Source of the DNA: an uncultured Bacilli bacterium | GTDB taxonomy: Bacteria > Bacillota_I > Bacilli_A > RF39 > UBA660 | Length of the DNA stretch: 64,000 nt | Reading direction: 5' to 3' | Assembly (NCBI GenBank): GCA_934120635.1 | Contig: CAKOUR010000008.1 | Coordinates: 2,042-66,041 of the forward strand | Part shown: piece by piece, positions 20,849 through 31,101 of the stretch | How positions within the stretch are numbered: position 1 is the stretch's first letter | How the letters are laid out: every line of letters begins with the position of its first letter | Position numbers and translations under genes: made by a program | The notes under the pieces: generated by a model | Database searches by the model: none | Told to the model about the DNA's origin: nothing | Seen by the model: the letters and a program-made list of their open reading frames with translations, nothing else

Positions 20849-22079
20849 TGCCTTCTCCTTTTATATTTGATCCTACAATAATTCCTGATATCCAAGCAAA
20901 CCCTAAGTTATATCCACCACAATCTCCATCAACATCTAATAGTTCACCTGTTAGATATAATCCTTTTGTTTTAGTAGATTCTAATGTATTTGGATTAATT
21001 TCTGTTAAAGGGATACCTCCAGTTGTAACTTGGGCTTGATCAAAAGAATTAGTTCCTGTAATGGTAAGCGTAAAATTAGTAAGATTATCTCCTAATAAGT
21101 ATTTTTTGTCATTTGATAGATTATTCCAATTGTCTTCTCTACCTATTTTAGATTGTTTTAAAATTAAATTTACTAATTTATAATTTAAGATGCCATCTAA
21201 TAAGTCTGCGATATTTCTATTTTTCACGGTTTTATTTCTTTCTTCCATAAAATTTAGAAAAGAATTTGTATCATGGATATTTAATTGGTGAAGGAAATTT
21301 ATTTTTATTTCTGTTTTGTGCTTTTTTGACAAGGATAGAGCTGCTCTGCCACTTAAACATAGCGTACAAATTCCACTGATTCCATAATCTGTTAATTGAA
21401 TTTCTCCTACTTTTGAATCGATATATTTGTTATTTTCAAATAAAGAAATTTTTACATCTGCTCGTATTCCGTGCCATTCTTTTAAATAAGGAGCATCTGC
21501 TTTTAATTGAACTAAAGCTGGTAAAGGAGTGATTAGACTATGACCTAGTGACTTTGCTATGTCGTACCCACTTCCTGTTGATCCAGTTTTAGGGGCTGCT
21601 TTAGAACCTGTTGCTAAAATAATTTTTTTACTTGTAAATATACCATTATTAGTATTGATTTTAAAAATATGATTTTCTTTTTTGATAGAAATTACTTCTG
21701 TATTGGTTAAAATTTCTACATGATTAATCTGTGCTTCTTTGATAAGGGCTGTTTGAATACTTACCGCTTGGTTAGATATTGGATAAAAGTATCCATCTTT
21801 TATTCTGGGTATGATTCCTATAGAATTAAAGAAAGATAATGCTTCTTTAGAATAATCTTTTTGTAAAATTTTTTCTAATACTTCTTTATTTCTTGTATGA
21901 TAGTGAGTAATGGATTGATCACTATTCCAGTAATTACATCTTCCATTTCCGGTTATTAATATTTTTTTTCCACAGGTATTGTTTTTTTCAAGTAGGCATA
22001 CTTTAGCTCCTGCTTTAGCAGCATAAATTGCTGATACTAATCCAGAAGCACCTCCGCCTATTACAATAACATCTTTCAT
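20841..22079 (-). CDS. HI0933/BaiN-family NAD(P)/FAD-binding flavoprotein
   Basis: VIVIGGGASGLVSAIYAAKAG, GNGRCN, and C-terminal GELLDVDGDCGGYNL, typical of the family. Overlaps the downstream gene by 8 nt. Confidence 0.8.
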   Translation of the reverse strand: MKDVIVIGGGASGLVSAIYAAKAGAKVCLLEKNNTCGKKILITGNGRCNYWNSDQSITHYHTRNKEVLEKILQKDYSKEALSFFNSIGIIPRIKDGYFYPISNQAVSIQTALIKEAQINHVEILTNTEVISIKKENHIFKINTNNGIFTSKKIILATGSKAAPKTGSTGSGYDIAKSLGHSLITPLPALVQLKADAPYLKEWHGIRADVKISLFENNKYIDSKVGEIQLTDYGISGICTLCLSGRAALSLSKKHKTEIKINFLHQLNIHDTNSFLNFMEERNKTVKNRNIADLLDGILNYKLVNLILKQSKIGREDNWNNLSNDKKYLLGDNLTNFTLTITGTNSFDQAQVTTGGIPLTEINPNTLESTKTKGLYLTGELLDVDGDCGGYNLGFAWISGIIVGSNIKGEGND

Positions 22080-22134
22080 TTTATCACTTCCCTTGATTGC
22101 TATTATATCATGTTTTTTATACTGATTAAAAATA

Positions 22135-22416
22135 TTATCGATTGTTTTTTCTTACTTCTTTGTTACTTTTTACTTTCTTTTTTGTAATAGATAAAACCTG
22201 ATCATAATAGACAATATTCCCTTTTTCTTCACCTGAAAGAAGTCTAAAAAGTTCCTTTTCTGTAATTTGTAAGCTTTCTGTAATTTCAGATAATAGGCTA
22301 TAATCTTTTTTGATTTCAGAAATAATTTCTTTTGAATATTCTAGAATTGTCTTTTCTAATAATCTTTTTCCTTCAGCATTTTTTAATTTTCTTTTAATAT
22401 TAATTTCTTCTTTCAT
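22135..22416 (-). CDS. Small XRE-like HTH protein; candidate antitoxin
   Basis: LLSEITESLQITEKELFRLLSGEE helix-turn-helix pattern. The start overlaps the stop of the upstream ORF (ATGA). Confidence 0.4.
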   Translation of the reverse strand: MKEEINIKRKLKNAEGKRLLEKTILEYSKEIISEIKKDYSLLSEITESLQITEKELFRLLSGEEKGNIVYYDQVLSITKKKVKSNKEVRKNNR

Positions 22417-23192
22417 TTCCGACCTCTTTTATTTTTGTTCAAGTATTCTATTAAGTTATTTTCTATTTCTGGATTTTTTTCAATCAATTCTGTTTTTTTC
22501 TTTTCATCTTTGATTAATTCTTTTAATTTTTGAAATTCTGCTCCCACTTTACTATTTCTGTTAATTAAGTCTCCCCTATCTTGGCTAGAGTTATCTGATT
22601 TTTTTGTTTTCGCTAAAATAATAAAAGTTAAATTTGAATCTAAATTTAGGTATCCTACTCTAATTTTAAATTTTTTAATTTCATGAAGACCTTTTAATCT
22701 AGCATTATTTTTTAAACTTTTCCCTTTTACTTCATTACTTTCTATAAAACCATTTTTTAATGACTCCAAACATTCAATAATTTCTACATAATATTCTTCT
22801 GGAATATCTTTTAGATCTTCTTCTAAATATACCTTTCCTCTACCAGTTGTGGCAAAAATTAAATTTTTTGGACTACCTTTTTCTGCTATTTCTTCCTCTT
22901 GTTCTTCTCTCATTGCCTCTCTAATTAATTTTTCGCATAAACTCTTTTTGAAGTTATTTAATTCTAATTCTTCTTTCAAGTATTCTAACATTTCTTTATC
23001 TTGATTATCTATCTTATTTAACTCTTTGATTAATTCCTTTTCCACAAGTGATAATTTTTCTATTAGTCCATACATGATTTGAAAAAATGAAGTAAATTCT
23101 GGTTGTGGAAGAGCATTTTTTATATCTTCTTCATCTTGTAAAAGTTGAATTGCTTCATAATATTGATTTCTTAAAATTTCTATTGTTTCCAT
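22413..23192 (-). CDS. Hypothetical protein with a C-terminal RelE/HigB-like toxin-type segment and an N-terminal coiled-coil extension
   Basis: ...KSLKNNARLKGLHEIKKFKIRVGYLNLDSNLTFIILAKTKK resembles the RelE/ParE (Gp49-like) core. The first ~110 aa are Glu/Lys-rich helix. Confidence 0.4.
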   Translation of the reverse strand: METIEILRNQYYEAIQLLQDEEDIKNALPQPEFTSFFQIMYGLIEKLSLVEKELIKELNKIDNQDKEMLEYLKEELELNNFKKSLCEKLIREAMREEQEEEIAEKGSPKNLIFATTGRGKVYLEEDLKDIPEEYYVEIIECLESLKNGFIESNEVKGKSLKNNARLKGLHEIKKFKIRVGYLNLDSNLTFIILAKTKKSDNSSQDRGDLINRNSKVGAEFQKLKELIKDEKKKTELIEKNPEIENNLIEYLNKNKRGRK

Positions 23193-23365
23193 ATTCTCTC
23201 CTATTTTATATAAAAATATTTTATCATGGATATTTAGAAATACTATTGGTTTTTGCTTTAATTGACATTAATTCTAAAGGAGTTGTCATTTTTTTAGAGA
23301 AAAATACTTACTTAGAAGTTAGTTTTGTATCAGTATTTTAGGCAAAAAGAAAAAGAGTAACAAAG

Positions 23366-26300
23366 TTACTCCATAAATTCTTCTTCTAGAACTTCTGATG
23401 GTTCTTCATCGTAAAATTCTTTTTCTAAGGTATAACCAATATCCATATATTCTTTGGCACCTGTTCCTGCTGGAATTAATTTACCAATAATAACATTTTC
23501 TTTTAATCCATGTAACTTATCTGTGCTTCCCTTTACAGCTGCTTCTGTTAAGATTCTCGTTGTTTCTTGGAAGGATGCTGATGATAAGAAGGAATCAGTT
23601 TGTAATGCGGCTTTAGTAATTCCAAGTAAGATTGGTTGACCAATGGCTGGTTTTTTACCTTGAATAATAACATCTCTGTTTCCTTTGGTAAAGTCTGATA
23701 GTGATACTACAGTACTAGGTACAAAGTTAGTATCTCCAGCATCCATTACACGGATTAGAGAAATCATTCTTTTAGCAATTAACTCAACGTGTTTATCATT
23801 AATATCAACACCTTGTGATCTATATACTTTCTGTACTTCTTTTAAGATATATTGTTGTACAGTATTCGGATCAGTTACTGCTAATAATTCTTTTGGAGAG
23901 ACACTTCCTTCTGTTAATTGGTCTCCTGCATTTACTTTGTCGCCTTTTTCAACTCTAAGTTTTGCACCATACATTGTTAAGTGTTCTCTTACTTCTTTAT
24001 CGTTCTTAACGTAAATCTTGAATCTTCCGTTAACATCTTCAATTTTTTGGACAGTTCCATCAATTTCAGAGATTGTTGCTTTTCCTTTTGGAATACGTGC
24101 TTCAAATAACTCTTCAACACGAGGAAGACCTTGTGTAATATCGGTTCCAGCAACTCCACCTGTGTGGAATGTTCTCATGGTTAACTGTGTACCTGGTTCA
24201 CCGATTGATTGTGCTCCCATGATACCTACAGCTTCTCCAATTTCTACTAGGTTACCAGTTGCTAAGTTTCTACCATAACATTTTTGACATACGCCATGTG
24301 GTGTACGACAAGTTAGAACAGTACGAATCTCAACGGCTTTAATACCCGCTTTGATAATTTTATCTGCAATTGCTTCTGTGATGTAAGTATCTTTTTCACA
24401 GATAACTTCTTTTGTTTCTGGATTAATTACTTTTTTGCTTGTAAATCTTCCTAAGATTCTATCATACAATGGTTCAATAATACCATCTTTATCATCCATG
24501 AATGCTTCTACTAATGAACCTTGTGTTGTTCCACAATCTTCTTCTCTTACAATCATATCTTGAGCAACATCTACTAGACGTCTAGTCATATATCCAGAGT
24601 CTGCTGTTTTTAATGCTGTATCGGCACTACCTTTACGAGCACCATGTGTTGATAAGAAGAATTCTGATACGGATAATCCATCATTAAATGATGATAGGAT
24701 AGGAATTTCTACTGGGTCACCATTAGGTTTTGCCATGATACCACGCATACCTGCTAATTGAACGAAGTTAGAAATTGATCCACGGGCTTTAGAATTCATC
24801 ATGATGAAGATTGGGTTATCTTCGTATTCTTTTGCACCTGCATATTCACTTAACTCTGTTTCAATATCTTTTTTTGCTTTATTCCATACTTCAATTACTA
24901 AATCTAATCTTTCTTTATCAGTAATTAATCCTCTTTGGAATTGTTTATTAATTTTCTTAACTTCTTTATTACTTTCTTCTACGATTTTTGCTTTATTTTT
25001 ACTTGTTACAATATCAGAATAAGCAATAGTAATTCCTGAATAAGTTGAGTATTTAAATCCTTGGTCTTTTAATTTATCTAGGAAAATTGAAGTTTCAGTT
25101 GTACGATAACGTTTAAACATTTGAGCGATAATTTTTTCTAAGGCTCCTTTATTGAAAGCTTTTGCTCTTTTCATGTTTTTAATTTCTTCTTTGATATCTT
25201 TACCATAATCAATGAAATATCTTGCTGGGGTTACCCCTTCGATATTTTCAGAAGTTGGTTCATTCAAATATGGGAATGAATCTGGTAAGATTTCATTGAA
25301 GATAATTTTTCCTGGAGTGGTTACTAAATATTTATTTTTATAAGTATCTAAGAATACTTTATGTTTAAATGAATTTACTGGAATAGCAATTCTTGTATGA
25401 AGATTAATCTCTCTTCTTTGATATGCCATTAGAGCTTCATTTGTATTTTTGAATATTCTACCTTCACCTGGTTGTTCATCTTTTTCCATTGTAATATAGT
25501 AGTTACCTAAAATCATATCCTGTGAAGGTGTTACGATTGGAGAACCATCTTTTGGACTTAAGATGTTATTAGCTCCTAGCATTAAGATTCTTGCTTCTGC
25601 TTTTGCTTCTTCAGATAACGGTACATGAACAGCCATCTGGTCTCCATCGAAATCAGCATTAAATCCAGTTGTTACTAATGGGTGCAATCGAATTGCTTTA
25701 CCTGAAATTAGTTTTGGTTCGAATGCTTGAATACCAAGTCTATGTAGCGTTGGTGCACGGTTTAACATTACTGGATGTTCTTTAATTACTTCTTCTACAA
25801 CATCCCAAACTTTTTCATCTTTATTTTCAATCATTTTCTTAGCTGCTTTGATGTTGTTGGCTAATTCTTTATTCACAAGTCCATTAATAACATGTGGTTT
25901 GAATAATTCTAGAGCCATATCTTTAGGAATACCACATTGATACATCTTTAAGTCTGGTCCTACAACGATTACGGAACGTCCAGAATAGTCAACACGTTTT
26001 CCTAATAAGTTTTGACGGAAACGTCCTTGTTTTCCTTTTAACATGCTAGATAATGATTTTAAAGCTCTGTTTCCAGCACCTGTTACGCTTCTACCACGAC
26101 GTCCATTATCAAATAAGGCATCTACTGCTTCTTGTAACATACGTTTTTCATTTTGAATAATGATAGAAGGAGCGCCTAATTCAATTAATTTCTTTAAACG
26201 GTTATTTCGATTAATTACACGACGATATAAATCATTCAAATCAGAAGTAGCAAATCTTCCACCATCTAATTGAATCATTGGACGAAGTTCTGGTGGAATA

Positions 26301-26998
26301 ACTGGAAGTGCTTCTAGAATCATCCATTCTGGTTTATTTCCTGATGTTGCAAAAGCATTTAAGACATCTAGTCTTTTTACAAGACGAATTCTTCTTTGTC
26401 CTGTTGCATTTTCTAATTCTTTTTGTAGTTCTTCTAATTCTTTATTGATATCTACTTCACTTAATAGTTGTTTAATTGCTGCTGCTCCCATTCCTACTTT
26501 GAAAGTATTTCCATACTTTTCATAGTAAACACGATATTCTTTATCGGATAGGGTTTGTTTCTTTACTAAAGTTGTTGCTCCAGGATCTAAAACAACATAA
26601 GATACGAAATAAATAACTTCTTCCAAATCTCTTGGAGACATATCAAGAGTAAGTCCAATGTAAGAAGGGATACCTTTTACATACCAAATATGACTTACCG
26701 GTGTTGCTAATTCGATGTGTCCCATTCTTTCACGTCTTACTTTTGATTTTGTTACTTCTACACCACATCTATCACAGATGATTCCTTTATATCTTAATCT
26801 CTTGTACTTTCCACAATTACATTCATAGTCCCTTGTTGGTCCAAATATTTTTTCGCAGAATAGTCCATCTCTTTCTGGTTTTAATGTTCTATAATTGATC
26901 GTTTCTGGTTTTTTTACTTCTCCATAAGACCAATCACGGATGGTTTCAGGAGAGGCTATTCCAATTTTTAAAGCTTTAAAATTATTTGCTTCTACCAT
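23366..26998 (-). CDS. rpoC: DNA-directed RNA polymerase beta' subunit
   Basis: Zn-finger [23 protein letters not shown], catalytic [12 protein letters not shown], and trigger-loop and bridge-helix regions. 1210 aa. Confidence 0.97.
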   Translation of the reverse strand: MVEANNFKALKIGIASPETIRDWSYGEVKKPETINYRTLKPERDGLFCEKIFGPTRDYECNCGKYKRLRYKGIICDRCGVEVTKSKVRRERMGHIELATPVSHIWYVKGIPSYIGLTLDMSPRDLEEVIYFVSYVVLDPGATTLVKKQTLSDKEYRVYYEKYGNTFKVGMGAAAIKQLLSEVDINKELEELQKELENATGQRRIRLVKRLDVLNAFATSGNKPEWMILEALPVIPPELRPMIQLDGGRFATSDLNDLYRRVINRNNRLKKLIELGAPSIIIQNEKRMLQEAVDALFDNGRRGRSVTGAGNRALKSLSSMLKGKQGRFRQNLLGKRVDYSGRSVIVVGPDLKMYQCGIPKDMALELFKPHVINGLVNKELANNIKAAKKMIENKDEKVWDVVEEVIKEHPVMLNRAPTLHRLGIQAFEPKLISGKAIRLHPLVTTGFNADFDGDQMAVHVPLSEEAKAEARILMLGANNILSPKDGSPIVTPSQDMILGNYYITMEKDEQPGEGRIFKNTNEALMAYQRREINLHTRIAIPVNSFKHKVFLDTYKNKYLVTTPGKIIFNEILPDSFPYLNEPTSENIEGVTPARYFIDYGKDIKEEIKNMKRAKAFNKGALEKIIAQMFKRYRTTETSIFLDKLKDQGFKYSTYSGITIAYSDIVTSKNKAKIVEESNKEVKKINKQFQRGLITDKERLDLVIEVWNKAKKDIETELSEYAGAKEYEDNPIFIMMNSKARGSISNFVQLAGMRGIMAKPNGDPVEIPILSSFNDGLSVSEFFLSTHGARKGSADTALKTADSGYMTRRLVDVAQDMIVREEDCGTTQGSLVEAFMDDKDGIIEPLYDRILGRFTSKKVINPETKEVICEKDTYITEAIADKIIKAGIKAVEIRTVLTCRTPHGVCQKCYGRNLATGNLVEIGEAVGIMGAQSIGEPGTQLTMRTFHTGGVAGTDITQGLPRVEELFEARIPKGKATISEIDGTVQKIEDVNGRFKIYVKNDKEVREHLTMYGAKLRVEKGDKVNAGDQLTEGSVSPKELLAVTDPNTVQQYILKEVQKVYRSQGVDINDKHVELIAKRMISLIRVMDAGDTNFVPSTVVSLSDFTKGNRDVIIQGKKPAIGQPILLGITKAALQTDSFLSSASFQETTRILTEAAVKGSTDKLHGLKENVIIGKLIPAGTGAKEYMDIGYTLEKEFYDEEPSEVLEEEFME

Positions 26999-29900
26999 TA
27001 GAACTCACCTCCTATTTTTTCATCTAAATTATTTTCGAAATCTTCATCAAAGTCTGTTTCAACTTCTTCTAATTCTTCGTAATCTTCATCCTCATTATTC
27101 TCTTCTTCATCAAAACTTTCCTCTTCATCTTCTACATCTTCGAACTCATCTTCTAGAGAATCTTCTGATTCAAGTTCATTTTCTATTGAAGAGGTATTTT
27201 TATTATCCTTTACTTCTTCAATAGAAGGTGTATCATCCTCTTCTTCATCATCGGTCATTTCTAATTCCTTAAATCCTACAACTTCATCGTTGTTATCAAT
27301 AACAGAAATATTTAATCCTAATGCTTGGAATTCTTTAATTAGTACTCTAAAAGCTTCTGGAATTCCTGGATTTGGTAGTGGTGTTCCTTTTACGATAGAT
27401 TCATACACTTTGACACGACCAACCACATCATCTGATTTATAAGTTAAGATTTCTTGTAATACATGAGATGCTCCGTATGCTTCTAGAGCCCAGATTTCCA
27501 TTTCTCCAAAACGTTGTCCACCAAATTGAGCTTTACCACCTAGTGGTTGTTGTGTTACTAATGAGTAAGGTCCTGTTGATCTTGCGTGTAATTTATCATC
27601 AACCATGTGATGTAGTTTTACGAAATACATGACACCTACACTGATTCTATGATCAAATGGTTCTCCTGTTCTACCATCATATAAAACAGTCTTTCCATCT
27701 TCATCCATGCCTGCTTCTTTCATCATGGCTTTTACGTCTTCTGTACTAGCACCATCTAATACTGGTGTTGCTACATGAACACCTAATTTTTTACAAGCCA
27801 TTCCCATATGTAGTTCAAGAATTTGTCCAATATTCATACGAGATGGAACACCTTGTGGGTTTAACATGATATCAATTGGTGTACCGTCTGGTAAGTAAGG
27901 CATATCTTCTGATGGTAAGATTAAGGAGATAACACCTTTGTTACCATGTCGTCCAGACATTTTGTCTCCAACTTGGATTTTACGTTTTTGAATAATATAT
28001 ACTCTAACTACTTTACTTACACCACTTGGTAAGTCTTCATTATCTTCTTTTGTATAAACTTTAACATCATGAACAATTCCTTCTCCACCGTGTGGAACAG
28101 TAAGAGATGAATTTCTTACTTCTCTAGTTTTTTCACCAAAGATAGCGTGCAATAGTTTTTCTTCACTTGTTAAATCAGCCATTCCTTTAGGGGTTACTTT
28201 ACCAACTAGAATGTCTCCTTCTTTTACTTCTGTACCAATTTTAATGATACCATTTTCATCAAGATTTTTTCTAGCATCTTCACTTACGTTTGGAATATCT
28301 CTAGTAATTTCTTCAGGCCCTAATTTTGTATCACGACATTGAGTTTCATAGTCTTCAATGTGTAATGAAGTATAAACATCTTCTTTGACTAATCTTTCGT
28401 TCATGATAACAGCATCTTCAAAGTTATATCCATTGAAAGTCATGAATGCGATTGTCATATTTTTACCTAAGGCAAGTTCACCTTTATCTGTGCTTGGTCC
28501 ATCTGCAATGATTTGACCACGTCTGATTTTATCGCCTTTTCTTACGATAGGACGATGATTGGCTGTTTCACCTTGGTTAGAACGTTCAAATGTAGATAAT
28601 TCATAAGTGTCTGTTCCTTTGGCATTTTTTACAATAATTTTTTTCGCATCAACATAATCTACAATACCTTCAGCTTTAGAAACAACTACAGCACCACTAT
28701 CACGAGCTGCTACATATTCAACACCAGTTCCAACATATGGAGCTTCTGTTGTTAATAATGGTAATGCTTGACGCTGCATGTTTGCTCCCATAAGAGCACG
28801 TGTTGCATCATCATGTTCTAGGAATGGGATTAAACTTGTTGTAACAGATACAACTTGTTGTGGTGATACATCAATATAATCTACTTGTTCAGCTGGAATA
28901 ATTACATTCTCTCCATTAAATCTACCAGCAACGGTTGCATCAGTAATTTCCATATCATCGTTTACATTTACAGTTGCTTGAGAAATATAAAAATCTTGTT
29001 CCTCATTTGCTGTTAAGTATTCTACTTTATCAGTTAATTTTTTGTTTTCTACTTTACGATATGGTGTTTGAATAAATCCATATTTATCAATTTTGGCATA
29101 ACTTGCTAATGAAGTAATCAAACCAATGTTTTGTCCTTCTGGAGACTCAATTGGACAAATTCTACCATAGTGAGATGGGTTAACATCACGAACTTCCATA
29201 CCAGCGCGATCTCTTGATAATCCACCTGGTCCTAATGCTGATAATCTTCTCTTATGTGTTAATTCAGCGATTGGATTAACCTGATCCATAAATTGTGATA
29301 ATTGGCTGGAACCAAAAAATTCTTTGATTACTGCAGTAACTGGTCTGATATTAATTAATGTTTTAGGGGTTACTGTTTCAATATCTTGAGTAGTCATTCT
29401 TTCTCTTACTACTCTTTCCATTCTAGATAATCCAATCTTTAATTGGTTTTGCAATAATTCTCCTACTTGTCTTACACGTCTATTTCCTAAATGGTCAATT
29501 TCATCATCATGTCCTACACCATCTAATAAATTTAAGTAGTAAGAAATTGATGCATATACATCTGAAATAGTTAAAGTTCTTGTATCAAGTGTTTGATCAT
29601 TACCCATCAATTTTACTTTTTTATCTGGGAATTTTTCAGGATGAACATATAATACTTGAACAATATTGTGATTATCTAATTCTTCGTTTACTTTAACTTC
29701 TTCTCTACCATAGCCATTTTTTAAAATTTCTTGTAATTTAGAATAAACTTCTTTTGTGATTTTTGTTCCTTCGGTAAATATTGTTTCTCCATCTACAATA
29801 ATATCTTGAGCTAAAGTATTATTAAGTAATCTATCTGTAATATTTAATCTTTTATTAAATTTATAACGTCCAACCTTTGCTAAGTCGTAACGAAAATTAT

Positions 29901-30681
29901 CAAAAAATCTTGTAATTAATTGGTTCTTTGATGAATCTAGTGTTGTTGGCTCCCCAGGTCTTAATTTTTCATAAATCTCGATTAAGGCTTCATCTGTATT
30001 TTTAGTTGTATCTTTTTCAATTGTATTTTTTAAATAAGTATTATTATCAAATACGGATAAAATTTCTTCATCACTAGAAAGTCCAAATGCTCTTAAAAGT
30101 GTTGTTACTGGTACCTTTCTAGTTCTATCAATTCTAACATAGATGACATCTTTAGCATCTGTCTCATATTCTAGCCAAGTTCCTCTTGTTGGAATAACTT
30201 TTGCTGCATATACAGGCTTTCCGTTTTTGTCTATTTCTTTTGAATAATACACGCTAGGTGATCTTACTAATTGAGATACGATTACTCTTTCAGCTCCATT
30301 GATAATGAATGTTCCACTATCAGTCATCAAAGGCATATCACCTAAGAATATTTCTTGTTCTTTTACCTCTCCTGTTTCGTTATTAAATAATCTAGTTTGT
30401 ACTTTTAAAGGAGATGCATAAGTGATTTGTCTGTTTTTGCATTCTTTTAAAGAATATCTTGGAGTATCAAATTCATATTCTCCAAATTCTAATGATAAAC
30501 TTCCTGAAAAACTTTCGATTGGAAATAAATCTTCAAAAACTTCCTTTATTCCTTCTTTTGTAAACCATTGATATGATTCTTTTTGAATTTGTAGTAAATT
30601 ATCAAGTTCTAATGAATTTTTGATCATAGAGAAATTTCTTCTTTGTCTATAATCACCGCTTTGCTTTAATTTATAAGCCAT
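26998..30681 (-). CDS. rpoB: DNA-directed RNA polymerase beta subunit with an acidic C-terminal tail
   Basis: Conserved blocks ([43 protein letters not shown]). The stop overlaps the rpoC start (TAATG). Confidence 0.97.
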   Translation of the reverse strand: MAYKLKQSGDYRQRRNFSMIKNSLELDNLLQIQKESYQWFTKEGIKEVFEDLFPIESFSGSLSLEFGEYEFDTPRYSLKECKNRQITYASPLKVQTRLFNNETGEVKEQEIFLGDMPLMTDSGTFIINGAERVIVSQLVRSPSVYYSKEIDKNGKPVYAAKVIPTRGTWLEYETDAKDVIYVRIDRTRKVPVTTLLRAFGLSSDEEILSVFDNNTYLKNTIEKDTTKNTDEALIEIYEKLRPGEPTTLDSSKNQLITRFFDNFRYDLAKVGRYKFNKRLNITDRLLNNTLAQDIIVDGETIFTEGTKITKEVYSKLQEILKNGYGREEVKVNEELDNHNIVQVLYVHPEKFPDKKVKLMGNDQTLDTRTLTISDVYASISYYLNLLDGVGHDDEIDHLGNRRVRQVGELLQNQLKIGLSRMERVVRERMTTQDIETVTPKTLINIRPVTAVIKEFFGSSQLSQFMDQVNPIAELTHKRRLSALGPGGLSRDRAGMEVRDVNPSHYGRICPIESPEGQNIGLITSLASYAKIDKYGFIQTPYRKVENKKLTDKVEYLTANEEQDFYISQATVNVNDDMEITDATVAGRFNGENVIIPAEQVDYIDVSPQQVVSVTTSLIPFLEHDDATRALMGANMQRQALPLLTTEAPYVGTGVEYVAARDSGAVVVSKAEGIVDYVDAKKIIVKNAKGTDTYELSTFERSNQGETANHRPIVRKGDKIRRGQIIADGPSTDKGELALGKNMTIAFMTFNGYNFEDAVIMNERLVKEDVYTSLHIEDYETQCRDTKLGPEEITRDIPNVSEDARKNLDENGIIKIGTEVKEGDILVGKVTPKGMADLTSEEKLLHAIFGEKTREVRNSSLTVPHGGEGIVHDVKVYTKEDNEDLPSGVSKVVRVYIIQKRKIQVGDKMSGRHGNKGVISLILPSEDMPYLPDGTPIDIMLNPQGVPSRMNIGQILELHMGMACKKLGVHVATPVLDGASTEDVKAMMKEAGMDEDGKTVLYDGRTGEPFDHRISVGVMYFVKLHHMVDDKLHARSTGPYSLVTQQPLGGKAQFGGQRFGEMEIWALEAYGASHVLQEILTYKSDDVVGRVKVYESIVKGTPLPNPGIPEAFRVLIKEFQALGLNISVIDNNDEVVGFKELEMTDDEEEDDTPSIEEVKDNKNTSSIENELESEDSLEDEFEDVEDEEESFDEEENNEDEDYEELEEVETDFDEDFENNLDEKIGGEF

Positions 30682-30724
30682 TATTTTTTCACCCCTATGC
30701 CTTTATTTTTCGCTCTTCCACGTC

Positions 30725-30762
30725 AAAAAAAGATGCGTTTCCAATATATAATGTTAGCATCT
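30725..30762 (-). terminator. Terminator/attenuator-like hairpin in the rpoB leader
   Basis: On the minus strand, AGATGC-N20-GCATCT followed by T7. Confidence 0.4.
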
Positions 30763-30780
30763 CTCTTGATAAAAGTCAAT

Positions 30781-30809
30781 GGAAAAGTTTGTTTTTTCTA
30801 AACTTTTCC
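30781..30809 (-). terminator. Hairpin downstream of the DUF1292 gene
   Basis: 10-bp stem GGAAAAGTTT / AAACTTTTCC, 20 nt after the stop at 30829. Weak T-run. Confidence 0.4.
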
Positions 30810-30828
30810 ACTGTTCTGTTGAAATCTT

Positions 30829-31101
30829 TTATTCTTCGTTTTCCTCTATTCCCTCTCGTAGTAAATTTAAGAATTTTTTTGCTAATTTTTTATTTAATTC
30901 TTCATCTATTTCTTCAATTACAGTTTTGGTATCTTCTTCTTTTAACTCTACTATTTTTAATTCTTCCATATCTGGTTCTTCTTCTTCATCTACTGGTGCT
31001 AATAAGATGTATTGTTTGTTTTCTTCTAATAACATTTTTAAAACTGTATATTCTGTATTATCTTCTAAGGTAATAATATCATATAATTCTATCTTTTTCA
31101 T
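30829..31101 (-). CDS. DUF1292-family small acidic protein
   Basis: IITLEDNTEYTVLKMLLEENKQYILLAPVDEEEE...KIVELKEED..VIEEIDEEL matches the YrzB/DUF1292 pattern. 90 aa. Confidence 0.6.
   Translation of the reverse strand: MKKIELYDIITLEDNTEYTVLKMLLEENKQYILLAPVDEEEEPDMEELKIVELKEEDTKTVIEEIDEELNKKLAKKFLNLLREGIEENEE

Noticed and set aside
23454-27224. Plus-strand ORFs of 61-109 aa inside rpoC and at the rpoB/rpoC junction
   Set aside because: They are antisense to strongly conserved coding sequence. Their low-complexity translations are typical of shadow ORFs.
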